This document shows, one piece after another, positions 42,774-52,962 of a stretch of DNA of 64,000 bases. The position numbers and the translations under genes are program-made. Origin of the DNA: Nannocystales bacterium. Its GTDB lineage: Bacteria > Myxococcota_A > Polyangia > Nannocystales > Nannocystaceae. Position 1 is the stretch's first letter. Each line of letters starts with the position of its first letter. The stretch covers positions 1-64,000 of the forward strand of contig JBOEGF010000019.1 in assembly GCA_050633305.1 (NCBI GenBank), in the 5' to 3' direction. A model generated the notes under the pieces. The model had not been told where the DNA came from. It did not search any database and saw nothing but the letters and a program-made list of their open reading frames with translations.

Positions 42774-43718
42774 CTAGAGCGCTTTGGCGAACTCGACGGC
42801 CGGGATGATCGTGGCCTGCTCGGGATCCTTGATCTCCGAACCAGGAAGATCCTGGATGCCGTCCGAGTGCCACACGACGATGCCGTCCTCGTTGAGGATG
42901 ACGATCGAGGGGCTGCGGCTGAGGTTCTCGATCGTGGTGAACGCGCCTTCCATCCCAAGCTCGCGCGCGGAGTTGTACTCGGTCGCGTTCGGGAAACGGA
43001 ATAGCGGAACGTCGGGAACGTCGTCTTTGACGCCGTGCTTCTTCTGCCAAGCCCGAAGGTCCGAGTCGTTCATCGGCGCCTTACGGCCGCTGGGGAACTT
43101 GAGGTGGACGAACATGACTTCGACGTTGGCGGCGTTGAGGTCGGCCTGAGCGACCTGGAGCACCTGCATGAAGTCGATGGCTGCCGCTTCTTCTTCGCGA
43201 TCGCCCCAGTCCCAATACACGACCATGCGCTTCTGGCCGTAGAGCTGACGTCCATCGAGGATGCCGCCGTCGGCACTGACAAGCATGACCGAGGGGCTGG
43301 CGTGACCGAACATTCGGCCTCGGGCCCAGTCCGGCGCTTTGTTGAGCTCTTCGGCACCGACGAGCCACAGCGGCGGCGCGTCCTTGATCGGGGCCAGGTT
43401 TTGTTTGGGCGATGCTGTGAGCTCGACCGACTTGGGCTCCATCGTGCCCGCGGAGAGCAGCTCAAGCTTGTGCGGCTTGTTATCCCCGAGGTTTCCGACA
43501 TCGTCGGCGGTCTTCACATCTTTGCCATCAACCTTCTGGATCAGATCGCCTTTGTTGATCTGGTCGCATCCTGCTTCGCAGCCGAGGTTGTAGGCGACGT
43601 AGACTCCGCCGGCCTTGAGGTCGCGGTTCTTGGGGATCTTGGAGCCCCCACCCGATGTGTCGCACGAGGCGAGCGAGAGGGTGGAGAGCAGGCTGGCAGC
43701 CAGGGCGAGTTTCTTCAT
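42774..43718 (-). CDS. Lipoprotein with PDZ-like domain and Cys-less thioredoxin-like domain
   Basis: MKKLALAASLLSTLSLASC; INKGDLIQKVDGKDV (PDZ); GQKRMVVYWDW...PSIVILNEDGIVVW (TlpA-like fold). Confidence 0.7.
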   Translation of the reverse strand: MKKLALAASLLSTLSLASCDTSGGGSKIPKNRDLKAGGVYVAYNLGCEAGCDQINKGDLIQKVDGKDVKTADDVGNLGDNKPHKLELLSAGTMEPKSVELTASPKQNLAPIKDAPPLWLVGAEELNKAPDWARGRMFGHASPSVMLVSADGGILDGRQLYGQKRMVVYWDWGDREEEAAAIDFMQVLQVAQADLNAANVEVMFVHLKFPSGRKAPMNDSDLRAWQKKHGVKDDVPDVPLFRFPNATEYNSARELGMEGAFTTIENLSRSPSIVILNEDGIVVWHSDGIQDLPGSEIKDPEQATIIPAVEFAKAL

Positions 43719-43900
43719 AGGTCTTGGGTCCTGGGGAGAGCGCGCCGGGGCGCCGCTGCAAGGTGGCGCGGACGATAAGCCGCGGCCCCGGCAGACGTCA
43801 AACGAGACGGGGCCCGTGGACTTGCACCCCTGAATCCGTGCGTGAGGACACACGCCGATTGCGACCGGGGCGAGGGGGTGGTTCAGTGCCGCATTCGTCC

Positions 43901-46900
43901 GTGAAAGCCCTGTTCGAACGGTTGTTTGCCGCGTTCGTCGCGGTGTGGGTTTGCCTCGTCGCTCAGACGGCGCAGGCGGAGTCACGTCCAGAGGGACCGG
44001 CCTACGCGGTCGTTGATGGAGGCAGCCCGGGGGTGCTGTGCCCAGACGAGACCCGCCGGGTCGAGCTGACGCTGGAGAACACCGGCGGCCGGGACTGGGA
44101 TCCGAACGCGAAGGACCGGCTCTCGTACCACTGGCGTGATGACGCGGGGGCGCTCGTCCTGCGCGATGGGTGGCGAACCGAACTGACCGAGCGCGTCGAG
44201 CCAGGCGGTCGAGTCACGCTCGACGCGAAGCTGACCGCGCCAAAGACCGCGGGGGGGTATCAGCTTGTCTGGCGAATGCTTCGGGAGGGGGACGATTGGT
44301 ACCCCGAGGGCGAGGCGACGCCCGTCCGTGTTTCCGGGGACACGACTCCGCTGGCATGGTCGGTTGAGCCCTTCGAGCTTCCAGACATTCAGGCTCGAGG
44401 GGAGACGTCGACCCAGGTCACGGTCACGAACGAAGGATGCGCGGCATGGACACCGCAGACGGCGGACCGACTGAGTTACCGATGGTTTGCGCCGGACGGC
44501 GCAACGAAGCGGGGAGAGGGACCGAGGACGGCCTTCGGGGGTGTGGTTGAACCCGGGGCGTCGGCGACGGTCGACCTACGAATCTTGGGCCCGTCCGAGC
44601 CTGGACGGTATCTGTTTCGGATCGCTCCGGTCCGTGAGCGTGTCGCATGGCTTGGCGAGCCCGTGTCGGGTGACGCAGAAGCTCGCACCCAGGTCCGGAG
44701 CGCGGCCCTGCAATGGGCTTGGACCGATGCGGTGCTGCCCGAGGGTGTTGCGACCGGCGACACCGTGACGGTGGACGTGGAGGTCCGCAACACCGGAGTC
44801 GAGCGGTGGGACCCCGCGTTGGGGGACCGGCTCTCGTACCACTGGGTGCAGGATGGGAAACGACTCGAGCGGGAGGGACGTCGGACGCTGCTCCCCCATA
44901 TCGTGGAGCCGGGGGCCTCGGTTCGGGTACCGGTGACGGTCGTCGCACCAGAGCAACCCGGCCGCTTTCGGCTGTCGATCGAGCCGCTTCGGGAGCGGGT
45001 GGCGTGGTTTGGCCCACCGGTGGAGTCCGAGCTGCCGACGCACGGGCCCGAGCTCAACGTGGACCCACCGGCCTACGTCTGGACCCAGCTGGGTGTACGG
45101 ATGCCGAAGCTTCCTCTCGCAGGCCGAGGAGACCACTTCTCCGTCGTGGTGCGAAACGACGGCAGCCGAGCTTGGGACCCAAAAAAGGGGGATCGGGCCA
45201 GCTATCAGGTCCTCGCACCCGACGGCACTCGCGTTGCACGGGGCCGCCGAACGCCGTTGCCGCGTCGCATCGAGCCCGGAGAGGTGGTCGTGCTCTCGGT
45301 CTCGTTCGATACGCCGCGCGAGCCAGGCGACTACCTCATCGCGTTTGGCCTCGTGCGGGAGCACGTGCGCTGGTTCGAGACCGACGCGCAACCGGTAGCG
45401 CTGCACATCTCCCGCCGCTCGAGCCTGTGGTTCTTCCTCGCAGGGCTGCTGTTGGTCGCGTGGGTTGTCGCTGTGCGTCACGACTACGCTTGGGCGGATG
45501 TGATCGCCTGGCCCGTCTGGACGATGGTCTGTGTTGCGGTGTTGACCGAGCTGTTTGCCGACTTGGCGCACCTTCAAGTCTTCTCCAGCGGAACCCTCAA
45601 GACCCTGAGTATCGCCGCGGGCCTGGGAGCGCTCGTCGCGTTTGTTCCACGGCGTCGGCAGGGCACGGTCGCCGTCTTCGTGGTCGCGGGGCTGTCGGTC
45701 GTGGCGTGGGTCGACCTCGCGTACGCGGCGTTCTTTGGGTCCCTCGCTCCGCTTACGGCGATCGCGGCGATCCACCACTTGGCTGATGCGAAGGCGACGG
45801 TCGGCTCCACGATTCGTGCAGACCACGTCTGGCTGGTCGTACCGACGGTCTCGGCGCTGGCGGTGGGTGCAACCAGCAAACCGGATACGGGTGCGCTGCA
45901 GGTGAAGCCCCGCCGGTGGACGGCCGCCGCCCTGAGCCTGCTGGGGCTGTACTCCGCGGTGTCGCTGACGACGGCGGTGCGGGGTACGTTGGGTGTTCGG
46001 ATCTTCTCAGAAGCCCACAACGCCCAACGCTTTGGCTACGTCGGCGCACACGGATTTCAAGCGCTTCGGCTGCTGAGAGATCTGGGCGCGCCGCCCCTGA
46101 CGGATGACGAACGGGCGGAAACCTTCGCGCAACTTCGGGCGCACCGTGCGGCCGGCCCCTCACAGGGGCGAGGGATCGCCGCCGGGTCCAACCTCGTGAT
46201 CCTGCAGGTCGAGGCGCTGCAGCAGTGGGCCGTCGATGCGGAGATCAACGGAACGCCCGTGATGCCGTTCCTGTCCCAGGCACACGGAAGCGCGTTGGCC
46301 TACGACAGAATCTACGACCAGACGCTCCAAGGCCGAACCTCGGATGCCGAGTATCTGGTGCTCGGCTCGGGCCATGCTCTTCCGGAGGGCGCGCTCTCAT
46401 TCCTTCGTGCCGACAACGAGTTCCGCACGATCGTCCATGCGCTGACCGACCAGGGCTACGCGTCCTACTCGGCCCACCCGTATCAGCGCGGCTTCTGGAA
46501 TCGCAGCGTGCTGCACCCCGCGTACGGCTTCGAGAAGTCGGACTTCAAGGCAGAGCTGGGTCGAGGCCCCAAGTCGGGTTGGGGGTTGGCCGACGGGCCC
46601 TTCCTCGAGCGCTTCGATCAACGGCTTGCCAAGCTGCCCGAGCCGTTCGTCGCGTTTGGCGTCACGCTCAGCCTGCATCACCCGTACAAGAGCTTCCCGA
46701 AGTCGCTGGCCGAGCTCGACGTGGGCAAGCTCGGCAAGTCGTGGGTGGGGAACTACCTGCAAGCGATGAACCACTTCGACCGCTCGCTCGCGGCATGGCT
46801 GGCCGACATGGAGGCTCGTGGGCAGCTGGAGCACACGGTCGTGGTGATCTACGGCGATCACGTCACGGGCATGGACCTCAACGACGAGGTCGCGGAGCTT

Positions 46901-47323
46901 GCGGGCGTTGGCGACGACCGGTACACCGAAATGCGGATGCATCGCGTGCCCGCGTTCATCTGGGTCCCGGGGGAGGGCATGCACGGTCGGCGGTCGATGG
47001 TCGGTGGGCAGATCGATCTCGGTGTCACGGGGATGCATTTTCTGGGCGTCGAGCCGCCGGCCTCCGCGGTGGGGACGCCGTTGGTCGGAGAGGGGCCCGG
47101 CTTCGCTGCACTTCCGACCGGCGGGGCTGTCGCCCAGGAACACATGCTGGTGCGGCGGGGGGGCGCGACTCCGACCAAGGGAGCGTGCATCGATCCTCGT
47201 GAGCCCGGCGGTCATCCGCGGGCTGAGTGCGATGCGCTCGAGCAACGTGCGCTCGACCAGCTCGACCTCGCAAGACGGGTGCTCGACCACGACCTCTACC
47301 GCGACGCCGAGGCGGCTCGTTGA
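43901..47323 (+). CDS. LTA-synthase/sulfatase-family membrane enzyme with four N-terminal Ig-like (NBR1/FW-like) repeats
   Basis: Four NxGxxxW...DRxSY...RT...EPG...RE repeats; several TM segments; NLVILQVEAL, GRTSDAEY, TLSLHHPY, IYGDH, GQID. Confidence 0.85.
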   Translation: MKALFERLFAAFVAVWVCLVAQTAQAESRPEGPAYAVVDGGSPGVLCPDETRRVELTLENTGGRDWDPNAKDRLSYHWRDDAGALVLRDGWRTELTERVEPGGRVTLDAKLTAPKTAGGYQLVWRMLREGDDWYPEGEATPVRVSGDTTPLAWSVEPFELPDIQARGETSTQVTVTNEGCAAWTPQTADRLSYRWFAPDGATKRGEGPRTAFGGVVEPGASATVDLRILGPSEPGRYLFRIAPVRERVAWLGEPVSGDAEARTQVRSAALQWAWTDAVLPEGVATGDTVTVDVEVRNTGVERWDPALGDRLSYHWVQDGKRLEREGRRTLLPHIVEPGASVRVPVTVVAPEQPGRFRLSIEPLRERVAWFGPPVESELPTHGPELNVDPPAYVWTQLGVRMPKLPLAGRGDHFSVVVRNDGSRAWDPKKGDRASYQVLAPDGTRVARGRRTPLPRRIEPGEVVVLSVSFDTPREPGDYLIAFGLVREHVRWFETDAQPVALHISRRSSLWFFLAGLLLVAWVVAVRHDYAWADVIAWPVWTMVCVAVLTELFADLAHLQVFSSGTLKTLSIAAGLGALVAFVPRRRQGTVAVFVVAGLSVVAWVDLAYAAFFGSLAPLTAIAAIHHLADAKATVGSTIRADHVWLVVPTVSALAVGATSKPDTGALQVKPRRWTAAALSLLGLYSAVSLTTAVRGTLGVRIFSEAHNAQRFGYVGAHGFQALRLLRDLGAPPLTDDERAETFAQLRAHRAAGPSQGRGIAAGSNLVILQVEALQQWAVDAEINGTPVMPFLSQAHGSALAYDRIYDQTLQGRTSDAEYLVLGSGHALPEGALSFLRADNEFRTIVHALTDQGYASYSAHPYQRGFWNRSVLHPAYGFEKSDFKAELGRGPKSGWGLADGPFLERFDQRLAKLPEPFVAFGVTLSLHHPYKSFPKSLAELDVGKLGKSWVGNYLQAMNHFDRSLAAWLADMEARGQLEHTVVVIYGDHVTGMDLNDEVAELAGVGDDRYTEMRMHRVPAFIWVPGEGMHGRRSMVGGQIDLGVTGMHFLGVEPPASAVGTPLVGEGPGFAALPTGGAVAQEHMLVRRGGATPTKGACIDPREPGGHPRAECDALEQRALDQLDLARRVLDHDLYRDAEAAR

Positions 47324-48336
47324 GCGCTCGCACCTGGCTGCTGCGGCTCTTGCTCGCGGCGGTGTTCGTTTCCCTGCGGCTGAAATTCAACCGCGAGTAT
47401 GAAGGCGCGCCATGGGAGGTGCTGGTCGCCGGGACCGCCAAGTTGCCGTTTGGGCATCGGGTGCTCGTCCCCTGGCTCGTCCGTCCCTTCATTCACGCCG
47501 GGGTCTCCATTCGCGCCGCGTTTGCAACCACCGAGTGGCTTGCTGCCGTCGCGGCACTGACGGGGATGGAGTCCGCGCTTCGACGGTTCATCGACGAGCG
47601 ATTCGCTCGTGTGGGCGCGTTCGCGTTCGTAGCCGTATTGGCGCTGCTGTTCCTGCTGCCGTTTCGCTGGCCGCTCTTCTACCCGTGGGACACCCCGGCC
47701 ATCGCGTGCGTCATCTGGGGGGTCGCGCTCGCGCACGGACGTCGGCACGGAGTCCTCGTCGTGCTGGCTGTTGTCGGGGCCGCCAATCGAGAGTCGGCGG
47801 TCCTGCTGCCTTTCATCACGCTGACCCTCTTGGCGGGCTCGGAGCACCGTCGCGAAGCGATTCGCAGTGCCTCCCTCCAACTCGCAGGTGTCGTGCTGGT
47901 CCGGCTGGCGATCTCGGTCCTGATCCCGACCACCAAGGGCGGTGCCGTGGATCTCCGCATCGCCGGGATGTGGCGCATCGATCACAACCTTCAGTGGTTT
48001 GCGGACCCGCTGCACGCCCTGCCGATCCTCGGAGCCTTCTCCATGCTTCCGGTGCTGTGGTTCGTCGTTCGTGCCGACATCCCTGCGGTGCTGCGACGAC
48101 TCGAGTGGGTTGTCATCCCGGTGATGGCGGGGCTCATGGTGGTCGCGAATCTGTATGAGCCCCGGGCCTGGGGCGAGCCCGTCGCGCTGCTGTTCGTCGG
48201 TGTTGTGGTGGGGGTCGCCCGCTGGGTGCAAGGAGCTGAGCCGGTGCGGGCGCCGGACTCCGGGTGCGAGCGCTGGACATCCGCGGCGCTGCTGCTGGGG
48301 GCCGTGGTCGCGATGCTGCTGTGGCGGGTTCTGTAG
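47320..48336 (+). CDS. Polytopic membrane protein, function unknown
   Basis: TTG start overlaps the upstream stop; many hydrophobic segments; PFGHRVLVP, YPWDTP, NRES, EPR loop motifs. Confidence 0.7.
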   Translation: MSARTWLLRLLLAAVFVSLRLKFNREYEGAPWEVLVAGTAKLPFGHRVLVPWLVRPFIHAGVSIRAAFATTEWLAAVAALTGMESALRRFIDERFARVGAFAFVAVLALLFLLPFRWPLFYPWDTPAIACVIWGVALAHGRRHGVLVVLAVVGAANRESAVLLPFITLTLLAGSEHRREAIRSASLQLAGVVLVRLAISVLIPTTKGGAVDLRIAGMWRIDHNLQWFADPLHALPILGAFSMLPVLWFVVRADIPAVLRRLEWVVIPVMAGLMVVANLYEPRAWGEPVALLFVGVVVGVARWVQGAEPVRAPDSGCERWTSAALLLGAVVAMLLWRVL

Positions 48337-48474
48337 CTCGGTGTTCCGTCGAATCTCGCGACCGAACCCTCTTCGGGACGCTCGGAGGTCGTCGGGCTTC
48401 GGAGTACGGGGGCGGTGTCGTGACGGCAGCGTACGCCTCGGTGGAGTCGGACCACCTGCGTGATAGCCTGAGTC

Positions 48475-49212
48475 GTGCGCGTGCTGTGGATCGGGCTCGG
48501 AGCGGCGGTCTTGGGCTGTGGATGCGAGGCCGAGCCGATGAGCGACGAGGCAGGCGGTTCGTCCGGAGCACCCGAGCCGACGGCGCCACGCGAGTGCATC
48601 GCTCCCGAGGGGATGGGCAGCCCCGCGACCGTCGCAGACACGGTCGAGCTCATCAACGCGCTTCCCAAGCCGACCTCGCTCGCTTGCTTCCTCGAGAGTC
48701 TCGATCGGCCGCTGTCGGTCGCCGCGACCTACAGCAACCGCAGCGCGCAGCCCTCGACGGGCGAAGAAAACCCGCGGCTGTTCATCACCCGCGACTCGAT
48801 GATCCTCTCGGTCTTGCCCGAGGGCCCCGGTTCGGACCGGCTGGAGTTTGCGGTCGATGTCGGCGACGGCCTTTCCGTCAAAGCGGAGCTCGCGTTTCCG
48901 GTCGAGGAGGAGATCGAGGTGTCTGAGCCCTACGTCCAGATCCTTCGCAACCCGGGGACGAGCTGTGGGGCGTGCCACGACCTCGAGCAGCACTGGGAGA
49001 CGGTCAACGACGTTCCTGTGTTCGCTTCAGAGGCGCTGCAATACCCGGCCGAAGATGATGTCTCGCCCGCGTATGTCGATGCCCTCGCGCAGGTTTGCGA
49101 TACGGAGCGCACGCCGGAGAGATGCGAGATGCTCACCGCGGTGTTCGCCCACGGCTCGGTGGTTGCGCAGCCGTTGCCGGAGTTGATCCGGATCTGCCGC
49201 CTGCTGGAATGA
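48475..49212 (+). CDS. Lipoprotein with a single CxxCH (putative monoheme cytochrome c)
   Basis: Lipobox VLGC; SCGACHD. Confidence 0.7.
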   Translation: MRVLWIGLGAAVLGCGCEAEPMSDEAGGSSGAPEPTAPRECIAPEGMGSPATVADTVELINALPKPTSLACFLESLDRPLSVAATYSNRSAQPSTGEENPRLFITRDSMILSVLPEGPGSDRLEFAVDVGDGLSVKAELAFPVEEEIEVSEPYVQILRNPGTSCGACHDLEQHWETVNDVPVFASEALQYPAEDDVSPAYVDALAQVCDTERTPERCEMLTAVFAHGSVVAQPLPELIRICRLLE

Positions 49213-49215
49213 GCC

Positions 49216-50283
49216 TCAAAGCTCGCAGTCGACAACGGACAGGTTCAATGGGTCCGCGCCGAAGCGGCCAAGCACAGCGGTCTCGCCGCCTGCGCTGAGC
49301 AATGCGCCGCCGCCCCACCACTGTTTGCCTTCGTGTCTCCACGTCGCGTGCAGGTGTTCGAAGGTGACCGGCGGGGTGTTGCAGTCCCATTCGGTCCCGT
49401 CGTAGCGGGCCATCGCACCGAAGAACCCCGCGACCCAGACGTCGCCTCCGGGTTCGGTCCATACGCCGTTGAGGCCTCCGTTTCCGCAGGCAGCCGCGTA
49501 CTCGATCTCTTCCCACGCGCTGCCATCCCAGTGCAGGACGATCGGCGCGGCAGCGCCTCCAACGGCCCACACGTCGTCTTCGGCGCGTCGTTGGACGGTG
49601 AGCAGACGCGCGTTGTTCGGTGGAAAGTGTTCCACCAAAGAGCCATCGGGCATCAGTTGCCAGGCGACACCAGTGCCCACGATCCAGTCCTCGTGAATCT
49701 TGAAGGCAACGCCGGCGAGCGCCTCATGGATGCGAGTCCAGCTGCCGTCATCCTCGCGCTGCCAGATCTCGCCCTCTTGTGTGCCAAAGGGGTCGCCTCC
49801 GACGGCGATCACGGGCTCGCTCGCGCGCATACCGTAGAGAATCGCGTCGGTTTGCACGGACTCGTCGTGAACGGTTTGGCCGTCGTAGCGCACAATGGTG
49901 CCCGCCTCGCCAACGGCAAACCATGACTCATCCCCAGCTCCATCGATCCACCACAGCGTCCGGTCGCTGACCCCGCGGTGGCGGCAGAGTTGGCCCTCCT
50001 GCAGCCAGTACACGGTGCCCGGGCCGCCTGCGTCGACGCCTGGCGCCGAGGATAGACGACCACCGACCATGGTCATACCTGCGCTGTGGGAGTAGCCCGA
50101 GAGCACGACCCCACCTGCGACGCCTTCTTGCACCACGGACACGAACTCGACGTCTCCCGTGTCGGTTGAAGTCTCTGTGTCTGCGCTTGTCTCGGTGCCG
50201 CTGTCGGTGTCCGCTGGTGCATCGTCGCCACAAGCGGTCAGCCAAGCCGCAAGTGCCAGAACCATCGTTGGGGTGCGCGTCAT
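49216..50283 (-). CDS. Lipoprotein with beta-propeller-like repeats
   Basis: Lipobox LTAC; repeated WxVG...HWDG / RYDGxxW blades. Confidence 0.75.
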   Translation of the reverse strand: MTRTPTMVLALAAWLTACGDDAPADTDSGTETSADTETSTDTGDVEFVSVVQEGVAGGVVLSGYSHSAGMTMVGGRLSSAPGVDAGGPGTVYWLQEGQLCRHRGVSDRTLWWIDGAGDESWFAVGEAGTIVRYDGQTVHDESVQTDAILYGMRASEPVIAVGGDPFGTQEGEIWQREDDGSWTRIHEALAGVAFKIHEDWIVGTGVAWQLMPDGSLVEHFPPNNARLLTVQRRAEDDVWAVGGAAAPIVLHWDGSAWEEIEYAAACGNGGLNGVWTEPGGDVWVAGFFGAMARYDGTEWDCNTPPVTFEHLHATWRHEGKQWWGGGALLSAGGETAVLGRFGADPLNLSVVDCEL

Positions 50284-50287
50284 CGAA

Positions 50288-52273
50288 CTACTCTTCCAAG
50301 ATCACTGCGATCGCCGCGGCCATCGCATCGGTGGGGACGGGCCCAGTGCCCGGGTGCATCCAGGTCGTGGTGGGGTCGCCGTTTTCGTCGACGTATTGCA
50401 AGCCGTCGACAAGCTCCCCTTCGGAGCCTTGCAGCATGAACTCTCCGGTTCCTTGTCCGAACACGCCGCGGACCCGGCGAAGCTCGGCATCGCTTTCGTC
50501 GCGGCGGTGGCAGGTGTCGCAGGTGCGCGGCTTGGCTGTCGTGGTGTGCTGGAAGAACGGGGCGAAGCCGAGGTTGGCCGTGAAGCCATCGCGCTCGCGG
50601 AACTTGCCGCCCTGTTCGGAGCCCAGCAGGTACGCGCCATCTGCAGACCCGAAGAACTCCGCACCGACAGCGGTCATCTGAACCTGCTGAGAGGCGAGCA
50701 CGGTCTGCACACGCCCATCAGGCCCTTGTCCCAGCAGGACCTGGTCGAGCGAGTAGGAGGTTCGAGAGCCGCGGGTGAGTCCTGCAGTGCGCTCGCCGGT
50801 CTGGTAGTCGACCTGCTCGAGCCTTAGGTCGAAGCTGACGTGGCAGCCAATGCACTGTTGGTTGTACGAGGTGTGGCACGTGTCGCAGGTGAGCGAGTCG
50901 GTGTGGGACCAGCCGTTCTCGTCGGGTGCCATCGCGGCGTGCATCGCAGGCGTCCCGTCTCCGTTGTCGTCGAGGAGGTCGGCGACCTGCGACACCGGGT
51001 GTGTCGCTCCGTCCACGATCCCGGTGAGCGTGACCTGCCCGTCCTGTAGGCTCAGCTGCGGGAGGGGGCGACCGCTTCGGGTCGAGAACGTCCCGTCTGC
51101 GTTTGGGACCACGGGATCACGGACGGTTCCGTGGCAGTCCTCGCATCCGATGTCGACCTGGTACTTGGCCGAGGAGTAGATGCGTCCGTCGCCGTGCACG
51201 TCGGAGCCCACGTGGCAATCGGCGCAGTGCATACCCGCGGCGTAGTGCAGGTCTGGCGGGGTTTCGTCGACATCGTTGGTGACGTCTTCGTCGTCGAAGT
51301 AGTAGCCAGGGGTGTGGCCGTAGAGCGTGCGCTGAATCGGGGAGGCGTTGGGTGGGGTCTTGTCTTCGCCGAAGCCGCCCTCTCGGATCCCGCGGAATAG
51401 CAGCCCGATGCGCCCGCCTTGGAAGTGGCAGGTGGCGCATTGCTCGGACGGGATGGCGCGGGTGATCTCATGGCGGCGCGGGTGGACGGGCGTCCCGCGG
51501 GCGATGGTTGGATCATTGCCTTCGTACACGCCCAGCTCGCCGTACAGAACGTGGCATCCCGAGCAGCCCGCGGAGCGGTACAGCGCTGGGGAGTTGTTGC
51601 GAGGGAAGCCCGCGTGGTGGCACGTGTTGCAGTTCTTGGCCAGGTAGTGGTCGTATGCCGCGGCCTCGATGTCTCCCTGTTCGATGGCGGCGACGACATC
51701 GTCGGGGCCTGGTGGAACCAGGGTCTCGAGTTCACAGACGGTGCCCGGGATCGACGGGTCGCAGTCGGGGTCCACAGCGGGGTAGGAGCCATGCCGTGCA
51801 AGGCGATCGTCCTGGAGTCCCGCCATGAACAACGTGGGGTAGTAGTGCCCCGCGTTGGTCGTCATGATCGACGTTGGCATGGTGCGGACCTGGTCGGGGT
51901 GGCACGTTCCACAGGTGGAATCCACGACTCGGATGTCGCCGGGGTTGATGAACTGCAAGTACGCCGGGTCCAGCCGATCGAGCTGGTCGGGGGCGAAGTC
52001 GCGGATGAATCCTTCGGGCGCGACCGGCAGCCCATCACCGCGAATCTCGGCCCAGTCGCTGGGGATCGCCACATGTGCGTCTGCCTTGGAGCGCGAACTT
52101 GGGTCGCCTCCGTGGCACGTCACGCATTGGTCTCCGGGGATCGGTCCGTGGGCTTGCTCGATACCCTCGTGGCAGCTCAAACACCCCTCGCCCTCCAGGG
52201 GTGGAGGACCGTTGTCCGGGCACCCCGTCGAGACCGAGAGACAAAGACCGAGAAGGGCTAAGAGGCGTTTCAT
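50288..52273 (-). CDS. Multiheme c-type cytochrome lipoprotein (11 CxxCH)
   Basis: Lipobox STGC; CLSCH, CVTCH, CGTCH, CNTCH, CSGCH, CATCH, CADCH, CEDCH, CDTCH, CIGCH, CDTCH. Confidence 0.92.
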   Translation of the reverse strand: MKRLLALLGLCLSVSTGCPDNGPPPLEGEGCLSCHEGIEQAHGPIPGDQCVTCHGGDPSSRSKADAHVAIPSDWAEIRGDGLPVAPEGFIRDFAPDQLDRLDPAYLQFINPGDIRVVDSTCGTCHPDQVRTMPTSIMTTNAGHYYPTLFMAGLQDDRLARHGSYPAVDPDCDPSIPGTVCELETLVPPGPDDVVAAIEQGDIEAAAYDHYLAKNCNTCHHAGFPRNNSPALYRSAGCSGCHVLYGELGVYEGNDPTIARGTPVHPRRHEITRAIPSEQCATCHFQGGRIGLLFRGIREGGFGEDKTPPNASPIQRTLYGHTPGYYFDDEDVTNDVDETPPDLHYAAGMHCADCHVGSDVHGDGRIYSSAKYQVDIGCEDCHGTVRDPVVPNADGTFSTRSGRPLPQLSLQDGQVTLTGIVDGATHPVSQVADLLDDNGDGTPAMHAAMAPDENGWSHTDSLTCDTCHTSYNQQCIGCHVSFDLRLEQVDYQTGERTAGLTRGSRTSYSLDQVLLGQGPDGRVQTVLASQQVQMTAVGAEFFGSADGAYLLGSEQGGKFRERDGFTANLGFAPFFQHTTTAKPRTCDTCHRRDESDAELRRVRGVFGQGTGEFMLQGSEGELVDGLQYVDENGDPTTTWMHPGTGPVPTDAMAAAIAVILEE

Positions 52274-52278
52274 CGAAC

Positions 52279-52791
52279 TCAGCCGCCAACGCGGATTGTG
52301 ACAGCTTGCTGTACGGAGGCCATCGCCATACCGCCGTCGATCACCGTGACGCTCAGAACGGCTTCACGCCCATCGAGGGCGACGAGGTCGTCGTTGGTCC
52401 CGTACCGATCGGGGTCGAAACCGACGACCGCGCCCGAGACCAGTCCGCCGCCGCCATCGGTGTCCACGCACAGCAGCGCCGCGTCGGTCAGCAGGAACGA
52501 CCCTTCCGTCACACCGTCGATTTCGACGTCCAGCTGGACGTCTGCGAGCGCGTCATCGCCTGCGGAGAGGCCCTCGGTTCGAATCACGACGGAGACTCCG
52601 AAGCCTCCCTGCGGAGCGACCGCCAAGGAGACCGCCTCGCCGTCTGCGAAGGGGGCGAAGGCGCCGCCCACACCTTGGCCAAGCATCACAGATGGGTTCC
52701 CCGAGGGCGCGCACGGGTCGGCGTCCACAGGGTCGTCGGGGCAGCCGCACAGGAGGAGCGCGAACGCTAAGCTTGTATACGCCGTCTTCAC
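52279..52791 (-). CDS. Small lipoprotein, first gene of the multiheme cytochrome operon
   Basis: GTG start; LLLCGC lipobox; APQGGFG motif; 5-bp gap to the next gene. Confidence 0.7.
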   Translation of the reverse strand: MKTAYTSLAFALLLCGCPDDPVDADPCAPSGNPSVMLGQGVGGAFAPFADGEAVSLAVAPQGGFGVSVVIRTEGLSAGDDALADVQLDVEIDGVTEGSFLLTDAALLCVDTDGGGGLVSGAVVGFDPDRYGTNDDLVALDGREAVLSVTVIDGGMAMASVQQAVTIRVGG

Positions 52792-52962
52792 CACGCCACC
52801 GGGAGAATACCGTGGCGTGTTGCGCCGGGGGCACTCGTGTTGTGCGGGCTCCCACACGCGCAATCCGTGCGCGTCTGTGTGCGAGGTGAACCTCGCGCCG
52901 AGGTCAGGGCGGAGGGGACCGCGGTTTGGGTCTGTCGCTGCGCGATGTCCTCGGCTCAGCGC

